Under the pieces are notes generated by a model. The model was not told the DNA's origin. It did not search any database and saw nothing but the letters and a program-made list of their open reading frames with translations. A stretch of 64,000 nucleotides of DNA, from contig NMRA01000141.1 in the NCBI GenBank assembly GCA_002633005.1, forward strand, positions 607,609-671,608. Reading direction: 5' to 3'. The translations under genes and the position numbers were made by a program. Within the stretch, counting starts at the first letter, position 1. Every line of letters begins with the position of its first letter. This stretch comes from Phoronis australis. Its lineage: Eukaryota; Animalia; Phoronida. This document shows, one piece after another, positions 25,832 through 38,559 of the stretch.

Positions 25832-28536
25832 GGGCAATTCCGTGAAAAGGTCAACCTGGAAACAAAAAAATTAAATTGTGACTACACTAACATTTTTGGT
25901 CTCATCTGAAAGCCCATTCTCTCTAGTTTCAGGACCCGTATTTGACTGTCCTATAACTTTCAATTTTTTGCCTAAATGGACCCATTTTTGGGGGTCACCT
26001 GACCCTAAAAAATTAGCTTGATTTTCATGTGAGTTGCTAATTATTGTCATAAAAAGGTAATTATGGGTATTTTACTATACTATCTAATTTGTGCAATCAC
26101 ATGAATCCCAAACTTTATAAAAAATAACATTTCAACTTTGGTACATCATTGACCTCTTGGGGTCAAACCGTCAAAGGTCAATTCCTGGATATCATGGTGC
26201 CGTATGTCCATCACAAAAAAGTGTTTAAAAAGTTTAGTTACGCTAAAAGTGTTCAGTCAAAATTAAAAATAATTTCACTCTTTTAACTTGTTACTCAATA
26301 CTATTGACCAAAATTTTAGAACCCAGGGATAATTCGTTAAGTCAGAAATTGCGTGACAGAGGTACAGCAAATTTGTACGTCCGTCACATACGTCCGTCAC
26401 ACCCTTGAAATAATAATTTTTCAGCAAATAAAAGTAACCTTAGGTCATATTTTTACTTTCTAAACTTGCAGAAGTTAAAATGTATCACACACCTAAAAAA
26501 TTAAAACAATACAATATTACTAAGGGAGCTTTAAAATTATATGAATAAGTTGCTACAAATTTAAACTAAATGCATTGGATTTTTTCAATTTCAAAAGTAT
26601 TTGCAGAAAAGTTATAGTTTGCAATGTCATCTAGTTAATCTTAGTAGAATTCAACTTATTAAAATCAGACAGTTGGCCCACATTATGAAATGTAAATAAA
26701 ACAAAATGCTAATTTAATGAACTTGTTTATCTGTTGTTACTCCATGTTTGTAAAGAAATGCTTTGCTTTTGGGAAATTCAAGATGCAAAAATCTTCATAC
26801 AAAGGAATTCCTAAGGTGCTCTAGAGTTTTATTAACAAGAAACCTAAACGAATACATGTCAAGTTGCTATTGCACTGGAATCAACATGTTATTTCTGCTC
26901 TGACCTGCTATGCTGTGTTGGATGTTGAAAAAGCCTATACTAAGCATTTTTAAGCGGTAGGAAACTTTCACTTACTTTATCGGGCATTTTTGTCACAGCC
27001 TCACTGATTGTATTCACCCTTCTGTGTTTTTCAGTGTATTGCGTCATTGGGTGGCTTGTATGAAATGATTCGAAGCAAATGATTACATTGTCTCGTCTTA
27101 CATATTTTTGATTCCTCAATCTTTTTAAGAATTATACTATTTTTTTTTCTGCTGAGCTTCCAGGAGATTAAATCGGCGTTAAGAAAAAAATAGGAAATTC
27201 TTGGAGACCACCGAAAGAACAGATGCAACTGGGAGAAGAATAAATACCTGCCTGAATAATCTTTGAAATTCGAAAAAAAATGCCATTGTGGATCAAGAAA
27301 TTCATAATTGTACTTGTGTGTACTGTGATGTGACATTTTTTAAAGCAGCCTCTCCTTGAATCTGAAAAGAAGGCAAAGAGCTGGAATAAATAGAAACCAA
27401 CATCTGATAAGTTAGTTCTACATATTCCTAAATCATAATCCTTAATGCAATTAATTAAAAAATGTCCTGCTTTCACGGACATCACAGGTGATTTAATATG
27501 AATGCCAAAAGTCGATGTTGTCCACTAAACCATGCTTAACACTTTTTTTAAGAAGATACTGAATTCCTGTTACTAATACTTTTAAAAAACCCATGATTAT
27601 TACTTACATGGCATTCATCAGAACCATCAACGGCATGGTCCAGAGAATAATTTTATGCAAGCTTGGGACGAGCTCTAATTTAAAAAACAATTAGAATGTG
27701 TTTTTATGACAGTGTTTAGTAATGTTTTAAAATTTTATTTCAGATTTTATATTTTGACAGTCACATTTACTTATTCATCTTGAATTAGTAATCTATTTAA
27801 CACATAAAAACAGGTTTTCCTGGCAACTAGTAGTTGTCAAGTACAAAATGATTATCACTCTCATTTCCTCCTATATGGCTTACCATCTTCAAGGGGAAGT
27901 AAGATTTTAGTTGATTGTTTTATATCTTTAATTAAATGTATTGAAAAGTTAAAATCCTAGAGTATATTCCTAGCATAGGCCTACCTGTGATGATTTCGTA
28001 TGAAAGGTCAATCGGTACATTTTAAGTAAAAACATTGAATTAGTAGCAAACGACCAATATAGCTTAAATACTGCAAAAGCTTGAATCATTTTAAGTTGAT
28101 ATCTTAGTCACAACAAACAATTTAATACTAGAAATTCAGACAGTATGTATGTCCGTCACACTAACTCAACTTCTATCGAGCTGACAAAAATTTCTTGAAA
28201 GATATCATCAAAAAATTAGTGTTGTGTACTTTGTAAACATTCCACTATATCGTCATGTAAAACAAAAAATTTTAACTATAATGCAACTCACAGAAAATTC
28301 ACGTTAACAAATTAAAAAAAAATAAAATTCTCTGCGTACGTCCGTCACACCCCTTTAAAGGCAATTTTTCTCAGTAAGATCAAAAGATGGGGGAAAAGTT
28401 GATACATGCTTTGAAAGCTATCGGTGAGACCTATTAAATGATGTATTAATTATTTTCCTAGGGTGGACATTTTTTTCACAACTGAATCAGATCAAAATGT
28501 TCTGTGATTGTACATCCGTCACAAATGGAATTGCCC
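25832..28536. mobile_element. Non-autonomous DNA transposon (~2.7 kb), superfamily uncertain
   Basis: Terminal inverted repeat gggcaattcc / ggaattgccc, flanks ttaa and ataa; recurring internal motif (g)tccgtcaca; no intact ORF. Confidence 0.65.
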
Positions 28537-29076
28537 ATAAATATAATATACTGTGAGGTTAAAGCTGAATGCTGTGATAAACCACAAAGGCTCTGAGAAT
28601 TGGGTTGAATTTCCACATGCCTCTATAACTGGGTTCCAGGACCTGGAGGATTTCACTTTTGGTTCCAGAGCACGGCTTGTATTTTTCATGTTCACCTTCG
28701 AATAATCGTTAGAGATTTTACTTCTACTAGCCCGCAACATCGCAAATAGTTGTGTGGGGTGTTCTTGGGTGGACACGCGATCATTCTGCAAGCTGTTCAT
28801 GAGTTGGTCAAAAAAATGTTTTCTAATAGTGTCAAGAAGTTGAAATTTACTTTGTTCCTAGGTTACAGTTGTATATTTGTGTGTGCAAATGTGCAACGCC
28901 AACTACAGTTAACTTGTGACTTGAGCAGAGAGTGGGAAGCAGTGGAAGTTGCCTTGAATGGAAGAAATTACATTTCGTCTTTGTTATTAACTGTGGCCCA
29001 TCCTGACAAGATGTTAAAAGTGACATTGGTCTGGACAACATAGCAAATCTTGGCTGGTTATACTATTTGATTTTAA

Positions 29077-30031
29077 AGTGTACACAACATGACTCTAGTA
29101 CCTCAAAATAAATTTTATTATTATATCTTACTTAATTTCAGTGCCTTTAGTGCACAGCTCATAAAGAAACACGCAAAAATTGAAAAAAAAAATTATGTAC
29201 AACGTCATGGGTTGAACCCAGGTCGTTCGCCATACCGTTCGGATCAGAGACAAAGTGTATAGAGTGAAGAGAATGCAAAGTACATTTAGCGTCGAGAAGG
29301 TTCGTAGAGGGATCAAAAGATGTGTTTCCGGAGGCTGCAGCAACAGCAGCCAGGCGGAAAACGTCTCGGTGTTCCGAAGGACACCAAAGTTGCGCAGAAG
29401 TGGCATGACTTCGTGCGCCGAACGAGAGTGTGCGACGTCATCGTGGACCAAGCGATTCGGTCCGGGGCCACTCTGTGTTCTGCCCACTTTGAGGACTCGT
29501 GTTTCGACTCCAGTCACAGGAGACGATGAAGGCCTGGTTCAATAAAGGACAATATTTATCATTCAGAAACATCAGCTCTTAATTCAGGATCGTCTGTTGG
29601 ATGACTGGGTTGACTCGCCGAGCCCGAGGCCGCTTCTCTCGCGGGAGGATCCAGTTCATAAGGCTCAAAGTAGAAAAGTACGCAGCCGGAAGCACATTAA
29701 ACTTGTTCTCGCTTTCGTGCAACCCCATTTCCTCATCCTGGCCACCATTCTCATACGTTTCTTCATAGTATTCGTTCAATTCTTGCTCATAATCGTCGTC
29801 ACTTTCAAATTCTCTGGTCTCCGCCATTGTTCAATGCTAGTCACTGATCTCTTGTGTTCAACCCATGACGTCACATGGCGGGAAATGTGAAAATTGGCAA
29901 AATTGAAAGAAAAATCAAAATTTTGAGCTAATTACACAAAATAAACATGGGTTTAGCTAAATTTTACGTCATACATTTAGTCTGTGGCCACCGGTAATTC
30001 AAAATGTGCAAAAATCCATGGTGTGTACTGT
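29077..30031. mobile_element. Kolobok-like deletion derivative with a THAP remnant (+) and a KolX-like N-terminus (-)
   Basis: TTAA on both sides, imperfect TIR agtgtacacaacatg vs acagtacacaccatg; plus strand KRCVSGGCSN...(frameshift)PKDTKVAQKW...LCSAHFEDSCF; minus strand acidic ORF with a frameshifted FYFEPYE motif. Confidence 0.8.
29276..29529 (+). pseudogene. Frameshifted THAP zinc-finger fragment from a transposase
   Basis: THAP signature C-x4-C...P...W...LCSxHF split between ORFs 29255..29545 and 29320..29529. Confidence 0.8.
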
Positions 30032-30658
30032 TTAAACTGTCTTGATATCTGAGACAGACGAGACCATTATGTTTCTAACTTAAAAAGTTCCATTCACTGA
30101 AAAACATTGCAAGATTTCAATGAGAGGAGAGGTCATGCTGTTGTTCTGAGAAGTGAATGTCATTTCTTGTTGGTATGCCCATTGTATGTGGACCTGCCAC
30201 GAAAATTTGGCATTCCAATTTATTGTAATTGATGTGCCATTTATTTTTGGTCACTTGATGAGTTCACAATATATTAATGCCACAGCCAGTGTAGCCAAGT
30301 TCATAGTCCATGCTAAGAAATGGAGATGTACTGTATTAGATGTTGAACTGTAGTTTTTTGGTCTTTGCATTTCGTTCAAACCAACACCTCTGTATGTTTG
30401 CACAGTGTGTTTATGTCTGTAAAAGTGACGTGGCCTAATTACAATGAATAAATCACTACTTTAAAACTACTGCTAGATGTCATGACACTGTTTTGAAAGC
30501 TTTATTCAATTCCTGTTTTATAAAGTTCCTGGTACAAGGAATTTTCCTTGTTATGGTCAAGTGGCCACAATATTAGATCGTTTGAACCTTCAACTTTCCT
30601 TGAAACTTTGTTGACATCTTTGTTTATGTTGACAGGTGAAGACCTTCAGTGCACTAAT

Positions 30659-30769
30659 ATGGCTGCTAAAACAAAGACACAAGCACCGACGGTGATTCAC
30701 AAAGTCATCATGGTTGGCTCTGGTGGGGTGGGAAAGTCTGCACTAACTCTACAGTTTATGTATGATGAG
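30659..30769 (+). CDS. RALA: Ral GTPase coding exon 1 (P-loop)
   Basis: [37 protein letters not shown] is Ral-specific; acceptor gacag at 30635 implies an upstream UTR exon; donor GAG|gtataa. Confidence 0.96.
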
Positions 30770-31616
30770 GTATAAAGTGTGTTGTCATGTTCTTGATTAC
30801 TTTGGGGGCGTGGTTTTTACACGACTCGTGCCCACAACAACTTTGGTGATCGCATGAAATCAACATTCTGTCTGTCATCTGTCCATTGCTCCTTTTGCTT
30901 GCCCGTCAGTTTTCTTGCTTGTACAAAATTTGGATCAGAGTTATGTGGCAAGGATGCACAGGCACTAGACGATTTTTGAAAGGATTCAACTACTTTAGCA
31001 CCCTCTGTTGGTTATTTTAGTTTCCTAACAAGAAATTTTTTTCTTCGTCAGTTTTTGGGGAAGTGACGACGGATTTTGTTGAAACTCAAAGCAGGGGTAT
31101 GTAGTGGGAAATATGGGAATACCCTGCCATCGATTGGTTTTCAGGTAATGTTGACTACCCTAGCACTCCCTGTTGGCCATTTGAAGTATTGTTAGATCAT
31201 TGGCCATGCTAAGTTGTTGAATCTAAAAATTGTTGATGTAGCATAGAGGTGTATGGCTGCGATGCACCAGCACCAGTTGATTATCAGCTTAAACCACATT
31301 AGGTATGTACTAATTATATATATTTTATGATACATATTAACAACCTTAGTAGTATATAGTTTGTGGTACAGTCGTGAGTGCAATTTAGCGCTTTGTGTTG
31401 CTGTTGCTCTATGTCGGACTCTGACCAAAGCAATACGTCAGCCTTGTGCTTTTGGGGAATAACGTGTTGTAAGAAATATGGCGTGCATCCTAGAACGATC
31501 AGTTTAGCAAAAGAACAATCATCAAATTCTTGAATAACTTATGAACAGTAAGTCAGAGGAATGACGCACTTTTTGTAGCTCTTGAGACCTATTTGCATAC
31601 CAATTTTCAAAAAGGT

Positions 31617-34476
31617 CTGGGAAAGGATACGAGCGATATGGTTCTTAATCTGCAAAGAGAACAATTGAAAGATGGCTGCCACAGCTCCATCTTACATCCG
31701 ATTTCAACCAAAAATTATAGGCCCCGATGAAACGCATGCTGCGCATAAGTTGATTGAACGAGAAATCGCCTGTATCATGCAAACAAAGAAACAGAACACA
31801 TACTTGGCAAAAAAATTCCCCTGTAAAAATTCTTTGTATGTGTGACATCATCATCAGCAGCTTGTCGTGTTTACTGTGCTTGGGACTTCATACTTGATGT
31901 CTTTGAATGATGTCACTTGTTAAGTAAATATTTTATTTTTTTCTCGTGAAGAGACGAGTCACTTGGTGTGTCATGACAGGCTGTTGATTAAAGCAAGCTT
32001 CTGTGTGCATCTGAATGATTTTATAAGATTTGTCGTGTAAGTGTGAGTCATTAAATGTTGAGTTGTTGACTAAGTGCAAAACCAGCTTCATGATGGTAAT
32101 GTTGACTTGACCTTGTAAATTTGACTTTTTTATGAATGTAAAACGTTGAAACTGATAATAGGCAGTGGCACATCCTAATCAGTCCTCTATGCCGGAACAT
32201 TTTCTGAAAATTACGTTTAACTCTGGGTAATCTATCAAAGTATACATTTTGAGAAGAGACATTTGAAGTCTTTAAATACTTCCAGCTCAAACAAATACCA
32301 TCGCTATCAACATTTTTCCCAATAGTCCTTCATTCTGTCAACAAAATTGAAGACTGAACTCTATTACAGTCAATGTGTTCAAGGTCAAACGGAAACGTAC
32401 AGCGGCGAGTTTTGGGGAGGTCACCCGTCTGCTATCCATGTCGAGAGGAGGCAGCACAGACGGGGGACCTGTTCAAGTTTGCTGATGGATACCAGTAGGA
32501 CCCAGGGAAAAATGGTCTACTGAAGAATATGTGTCATTTTCTCGGTTCTTTCCTGTTTGATCAATTTAAAAATGTTGTTCTGTTGTTGAGAAACTTACTA
32601 TGATGTATAGATGGAATGTAGTTTTCCAGCGCATCAATTTTTCACACCATGTGAAATGACAAATTCCTATTGTTTCACTGTCTGTTTGGCATTTCACAAC
32701 TGTTTGTGGATGGGGTGCTCTATTGATTTGTCAGCCAGTTCCCTGGCAGCTGTGCAGTTCATGGATAAATGTCTCCAGTGGATTAGTTTCCCGGAGTCCT
32801 GCCTGTGCAGCTTGCCAAGAGCCAAGCATCCAGTGAGCCTAATTAACACAATTAGGACTGGCTCGTAATAAAAGTTTGTGTTGAGTGCAGTCCATATTGG
32901 CCAGGAACGGATGCTGCTAGGTCATGTAGGGTTAATTAACTGTGGAGTGCTTGTACCAGACTAAAACCCTGAGGCAGTGATAAAAATTAACTGCTAGCAT
33001 TCCCTAAACCCCAACAAGAAGAAAACNNNNNNNNNNNNNNNNNNNNNNNNNNNNNNNNNNNNNNNNCTGGGAAAGGATACGAGCGATATGGTTCTTAATC
33101 TGCAAAGAGAACAATTGAAAGATGGCTGCCACAGCTCCATCTTACATCCGATTTTTACCAAAAATTATAGGCCCCGATGAAACGCATGCTGCGCATAAGT
33201 TGATTGAACGAGAAATGGCCTGTATTATGCAAACAAAGAAACAGAACACATACTTGGCAAAAAAATTCCCCTGTAAAAATTCTTTGTATGTGTGACATCA
33301 TCATCAGCAGCTTGTCGTGTTTACTCGGCTTGGGACTTCATACTTGATGTCTTTGAATGATGTCACTTGTTAAGTAAATATTTTATTTTTTTTCTGTGAA
33401 GAGACAAGTCACTTGGTGTGTCATGACAGGCTGTTGATTAAAGCAAACTTCTGTGTGCATCTGAATGATTTTATCAGATTTGTCGTGTAAGTGTGAGTCA
33501 TTAAATGTTGAGTTGTTGACTAAGTGCAAAGCCAGCTTCATGATGGTAATGTTGACTTGACCTTGTAAATTTGACTTTTTTATGAATGTAAAATGTTGAA
33601 ACTGATAATAGGCAGTGGCACATCCTAATCAGTCCTCTATGCCGGAACATTTTCTGAAAATTACGTTTAACTCTGGGTAATCTATCAAAGTATACGTTTT
33701 GAGAAGAGACATTTGAAGTCTTTAAATACTTCCAGCTCAAACAAATACCATCGCTATCAACATTTTTCCCAATAGTCCTTCACTCTGTCAACAAAATTGA
33801 AGACTGAACTCTATTACAGTCAATGTGTTCAAGGTCAAACGGAAACGTACAGCGGCGAGTTTTGGGGAGGTCACCCGTCTGCTATCCATGTCGAGAGGAG
33901 GCAGCACAGACGGGGGACCTGTTCAAGTTTGCTGATGGATACCAGTAGGACCCAGGGAAAAATGGTCTACTGAAGAATATGTGTCATTTTCTCGGTTCTT
34001 TCCTGTTTGATCAATTTAAAAATGTTGTTCTGTTGTTGAGAAACTTACTATGATGTATAGATGGAATGTAGTTTTCCAGCGCATCAATTTTTCACACCAT
34101 GTGAAATGACAAATTCCTATTGTTTCACTGTCTGTTTGGCATTTCACAACTGTTTGTGGATGGGGTGCTCTATTGATTTGTCAGCCAGTTCCCTGGCAGC
34201 TGTGCAGTTCATGGATAAATGTCTCCAGTGGATTAGTTTCCCGGAGTCCTGCCTGTGCAGCTTGCCAAGAGCCAAGCATCCAGTGAGCCTAATTAACACA
34301 ATTAGGACTGGCTCGTAATAAAAGTTTGTGTTGAGTGCAGTCCATATTGGCCAGGAACGGATGCTGCTAGGTCATGTAGGGTTAATTAACTGTGGAGTGC
34401 TTGTACCAGACTAAAACCCTGAGGCAGTGATAAAAATTAACTGCTAGCATTCCCTAAACCCCAACAAGAAGAAAAC
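31617..34476. repeat. Tandem 1.4-kb near-identical duplication across an N gap (probable haplotype assembly artefact)
   Basis: 31617-33026 matches 33067-34476 with scattered SNPs, separated exactly by the N run. Confidence 0.9.
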
Positions 34477-35325
34477 ACCCATCTTGAATTAATGTGCATC
34501 GTGACAGGATTGAAATGAGCCTGGTTGTTTGTTGGTGGATCTTCATTTTTAAACCAGAAAGCAGTGCCAATATTTCATGTTGAGTCCATACAGAGTCTTT
34601 TCAGCCCAACTAGTAACCTGTTAAAGTTTGGGAAGTTTTGCATTGTCAAGGTCACATTGCCCTTCAATTGTTTGTGCTTCCAAAATGCTAGATGAGTGTT
34701 TGCTGCTCTGCCACTGTTAGTCTTCAAGTTTTCCTTGTTGTTTGTTATGTACAGTGTATACAGTATTACTGACCAACAATCTTTGGAAGACTGTCGAGAA
34801 AATTTAGCCAGATATTTCAATCAGTGCTTTCTGTGTGTTCTCTGTTCGTAAGAATATCACGCAATTTTTATGTAATTCTGCATTTCCTACTACACACGAG
34901 TACAGACTTTCTGTTTTTGTCTTCCTAATTAGTGGAAATCTATATTGCGATAAATTTGGTACTATGGTACACCTCTGCATCTCCTTGTTATGCAATTAAC
35001 CTCCCTCAAGACTAAGTGTAATAAATTAAGTTTGAGGGGTACATTGGGTTCTGTGAGTGGTATCACATTTTGTTTCCAATTTACATCTATCCATGGCTTG
35101 TCTGGAAAGTTTCAAAATACGTCTTTTTTATCTGTGGTGATGAATTCCTCATCATAGCAATGGATATGGATGTATCAAAAATCTTGATTAATGTAATGCT
35201 ATGTTTGGTATGCGGCACCTCGAAAATTGGCAAAGTTTCAATGCACAAAACAGCACTTGGATATCTATTCCTTTTCAACTAGAATGTGTTTCTGTTCTGA
35301 TGATTTCTCAATGAAGTATTGGTAG

Positions 35326-35810
35326 CAGGCCTTTATCCAGGATTTCGAAAATAGGGTGTCCAAAATGGGTTCCCAATATTCCAGGGCGTCCATGATTCGG
35401 ACGGGTAACCCCCACCCCCAGCAATCCCCCAAACACATAAGATTTTTTACAAAAAATGCATAGACCAAGGTTTTTACATCTAAGTTTACAAAACAGCCTT
35501 CTGTAGTGAGCATTTTTACTAAAAAAAACTGTAGACCATGACTTTTACAATGCCATCAACCAAGTGTGAGCATAGCAACATTGTATATACTTTGTATACA
35601 TTGTATATTTCTTCCTGCTTTGAAAAAAGAGCCACCACTGTGAGTCTTCATAGGCTTCCTAGTAATCATTACAATGTGTGTGTCCAAACTTGAAAGGTTC
35701 CTATTGATAGTGGATGTTCAAATGATACATTGGGCGTCCTTGCCAGGGCATCCATATTAGTGCTAGGGTGTCCATTTGGACGCCCAGGACCTACGCTGCG
35801 TAAAGGCCTG
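35326..35810. mobile_element. hAT-family MITE
   Basis: TIR caggccttta / taaaggcctg with a perfect 8-bp target-site duplication attggtag (35318-35325 and 35811-35818). Confidence 0.92.
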
Positions 35811-36266
35811 ATTGGTAGATGTTGCTCCATGCACTTTGTAAAAACCACGACAACGGCTGCAAGTCCCTTAAAAAATAAACAAGCTAACGACTACGCGTAA
35901 CAACGTCGCGTTAAATTCTTGACTAAAATGGATAAAAACGTTATTTTATCGCTATAAAAGTTAGACGAAACTGCCGAATAATACTGGCTGGAGAAGTTCG
36001 TCCAAGTTTGTGAGATGGTGACAGAGTTGTGTGGTAATTTTGAAAATTTTGTTTTTCATTCAGTTTCTCAGCCAAAGTATCTAGGTGTCCCAGCGAGGTA
36101 CGATGAATAGGTGATGTAACCACTATCATAGATTTGGTTAGGCAGTCCCGTTTTCTGAACATATGCTCAAGGAATGTTGTATTTCCTTAATTAATGGTCT
36201 TAATTTTATCCATGCTGTGTTTTACTAGTGTTTTACTACCATTACCTCCAACATACCAGTAATACC

Positions 36267-36375
36267 GGTAATAGTTGAGTGTAACGTGCCGCATTTTGAG
36301 AACCAGTTCTCTCCACTGAGTAACAGGCATCAAACTGGTTCTCAAAATACGGGCACGTTATATCCGGCTATTACC
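36267..36375. mobile_element. Small palindromic MITE; related copy near 525-590
   Basis: ggtaatag...aacgtgcc.cattttgagaaccagtt / aactggttctcaaaatacgggcacgtt...ctattacc; the core ttttgaga...tctccactga...ggcatcaaactg recurs near 535. Confidence 0.7.
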
Positions 36376-36386
36376 AATGTACCTAA

Positions 36387-36647
<261 letters not shown>

Positions 36648-37436
36648 TAAGTGAACGAACTAATTGACGGAGAATGGAGATGTCACTGCTCACTAGGCGG
36701 CAGCAGTGAATCAACAGTACTACCCATATTCATAGATGCAGTTTGCCGCTGTTTAACTTTCAATGTTGATTCCTTGATCGAATCACTTTGGGTTTGAAAA
36801 CATTACTGTACTCATCTGATCTTGAATTGTTGGCGAATGAGCCGGCAACTCAAGTAACAGGCAATGCATAGATGCACCATTTTCAAAATTGCAATTTTAG
36901 AGTTGGCCAACCCCAACAAACCCTGAAGTGCTCTTTTTCTTGTCGCGAGTGGTTTTGACTTTCGTTGTTCTCGGTAGAAACAAAAACAGAACCCTTTCAC
37001 GGCAAAGAACATTATGAGGCTGATTTTAGCTAACTGAAGAGGGCAAAATGCAGCTTTAAATGTTTATATTCAGAGAGTCCGTTCTCTAAAAAGAGTATCT
37101 TCTCTTCATCAGCATCATGTAGTGAATGTGTAGTAACCTAATGTTTGTGCGTCAATGTGTTATGCACATTCTGTCAAGGTTGCTTGTACTTTTATTTCGT
37201 GATTTTATCAATGGTAGGCTTACTTGGTTTCCTCAACAGTGTTCTTGAAAATAATTTGTCCTTGTATTTTTAAAATTCTTCGAATACAAGCCGTAGCTGT
37301 TGTCCGCTAATTAGGACAAAATGGTGCTTCCATGAATGTAATGGGGACTGTGTTTATTTTCAGTCTCATTCATGAATGATATATTTGTGGCCATCGTGTT
37401 TCACTCGTTGTCATGAAGGTTCTCTGCTGTTTCCAG

Positions 37437-37611
37437 GGAACAGATTTTACGTGTGAAAAATGATGAAAATATACCATTTCTACTGGTTGGCAATAAAGCT
37501 GATTTAGAAGAAAGGCGACAGGTGTCACTAGGTGATGGACAGGCGCGTGCAGAACAGTGGGGAGTACCCTACGTTGAGACTTCGGCCAAAACGAGGGCAA
37601 ATGTTGATAAG
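37437..37611 (+). CDS. RALA: Ral GTPase coding exon 3 (NKxD and SAK motifs)
   Basis: [29 protein letters not shown]...[14 protein letters not shown]; acceptor ttccag, donor AAG|gtaacg, phase 0. Confidence 0.97.
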
Positions 37612-38559
37612 GTAACGGGAACACCTGTGTCTGTGTTGTTAATTATAGGATAAGTGTTGCTGCATGTCATTGGGCATACTTAAAAATAAAAATGAAAATA
37701 AAAATAAAAATATACAAATAGCATCTAAGATTAACTCGTTGGTTTGTTAGAATTTAAAGTGGAAAGGCATTATTTTTAATGTTATTTTCTCTAAAATTAC
37801 AAAAAATACTAATTTCCAGTTACATGAAGATACATTTGGATGTTAATTCAAGTGTTCTGATGGCTTTTATTGACAATGCATACAAACTTCATTCCATGAA
37901 ACGATTAATTGTTGTGAATGTGTTATTTCTCCATTCCATTTCAGTGAACAAACACAATGGCTGACTTGACTGTCACTGTGTGAGTTCAATTAGTCATTGC
38001 ATTCGCTCAATGAGATGAAACTTGGAAATGTGTCAGTTGCAGCAGAACATTGCCAACCTGTGCTATTATTGAAAATAACATAAAAAATGTTGGCTTTTTA
38101 CTTAACATTTAATTTGTTGGTGACACTGTTTAATATCCAAACAAGGTAGTTTAGTTTTTAGGCATGCTTCTGTGTCTTTCAGTCTTTTTGCTGAATTAAA
38201 GTTAAAATTATTTTTTCAATGTTCTTATAGCTTAGCGTTATCTGCTCCTGTGACACAGCTCAGCGCAATCATTTACTTCACCAAATCATTATCTCTGTGG
38301 CAGTACTAGCTTTTTCTGTGCTCAAAACTTGCATTTTTATTTTCAAATTTCCTCTGTCGGCCAAGTGCAGGAATACATGCTAAACTGCCAGATACTCTGA
38401 AAGTGTGCATGACTAGAGTCGGCAATAATTATTCCAGATCACCTCGTGAGTGCGTCGCTGGCATACGAAATCTGACAGTCTCGCGTTACTAAATCCACCG
38501 CCTCCAAATAAAGAACAGCTTCTTTAATTTTTTGTATTTGCATTTGATTTATTGCAAAC

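Noticed and set aside
27031-27485. Overlapping ~100-aa ORFs inside the 2.7-kb TIR element as a transposase
   Set aside because: No recognisable DDE or DNA-binding motif; AT-rich composition typical of spurious ORFs
31617-34476. Apparent 1.4-kb tandem duplication with paired identical ORFs (79 aa and 85 aa)
   Set aside because: The copies abut an N gap and differ only by scattered SNPs, which is typical of uncollapsed haplotypes; the ORFs resemble no protein I recognise
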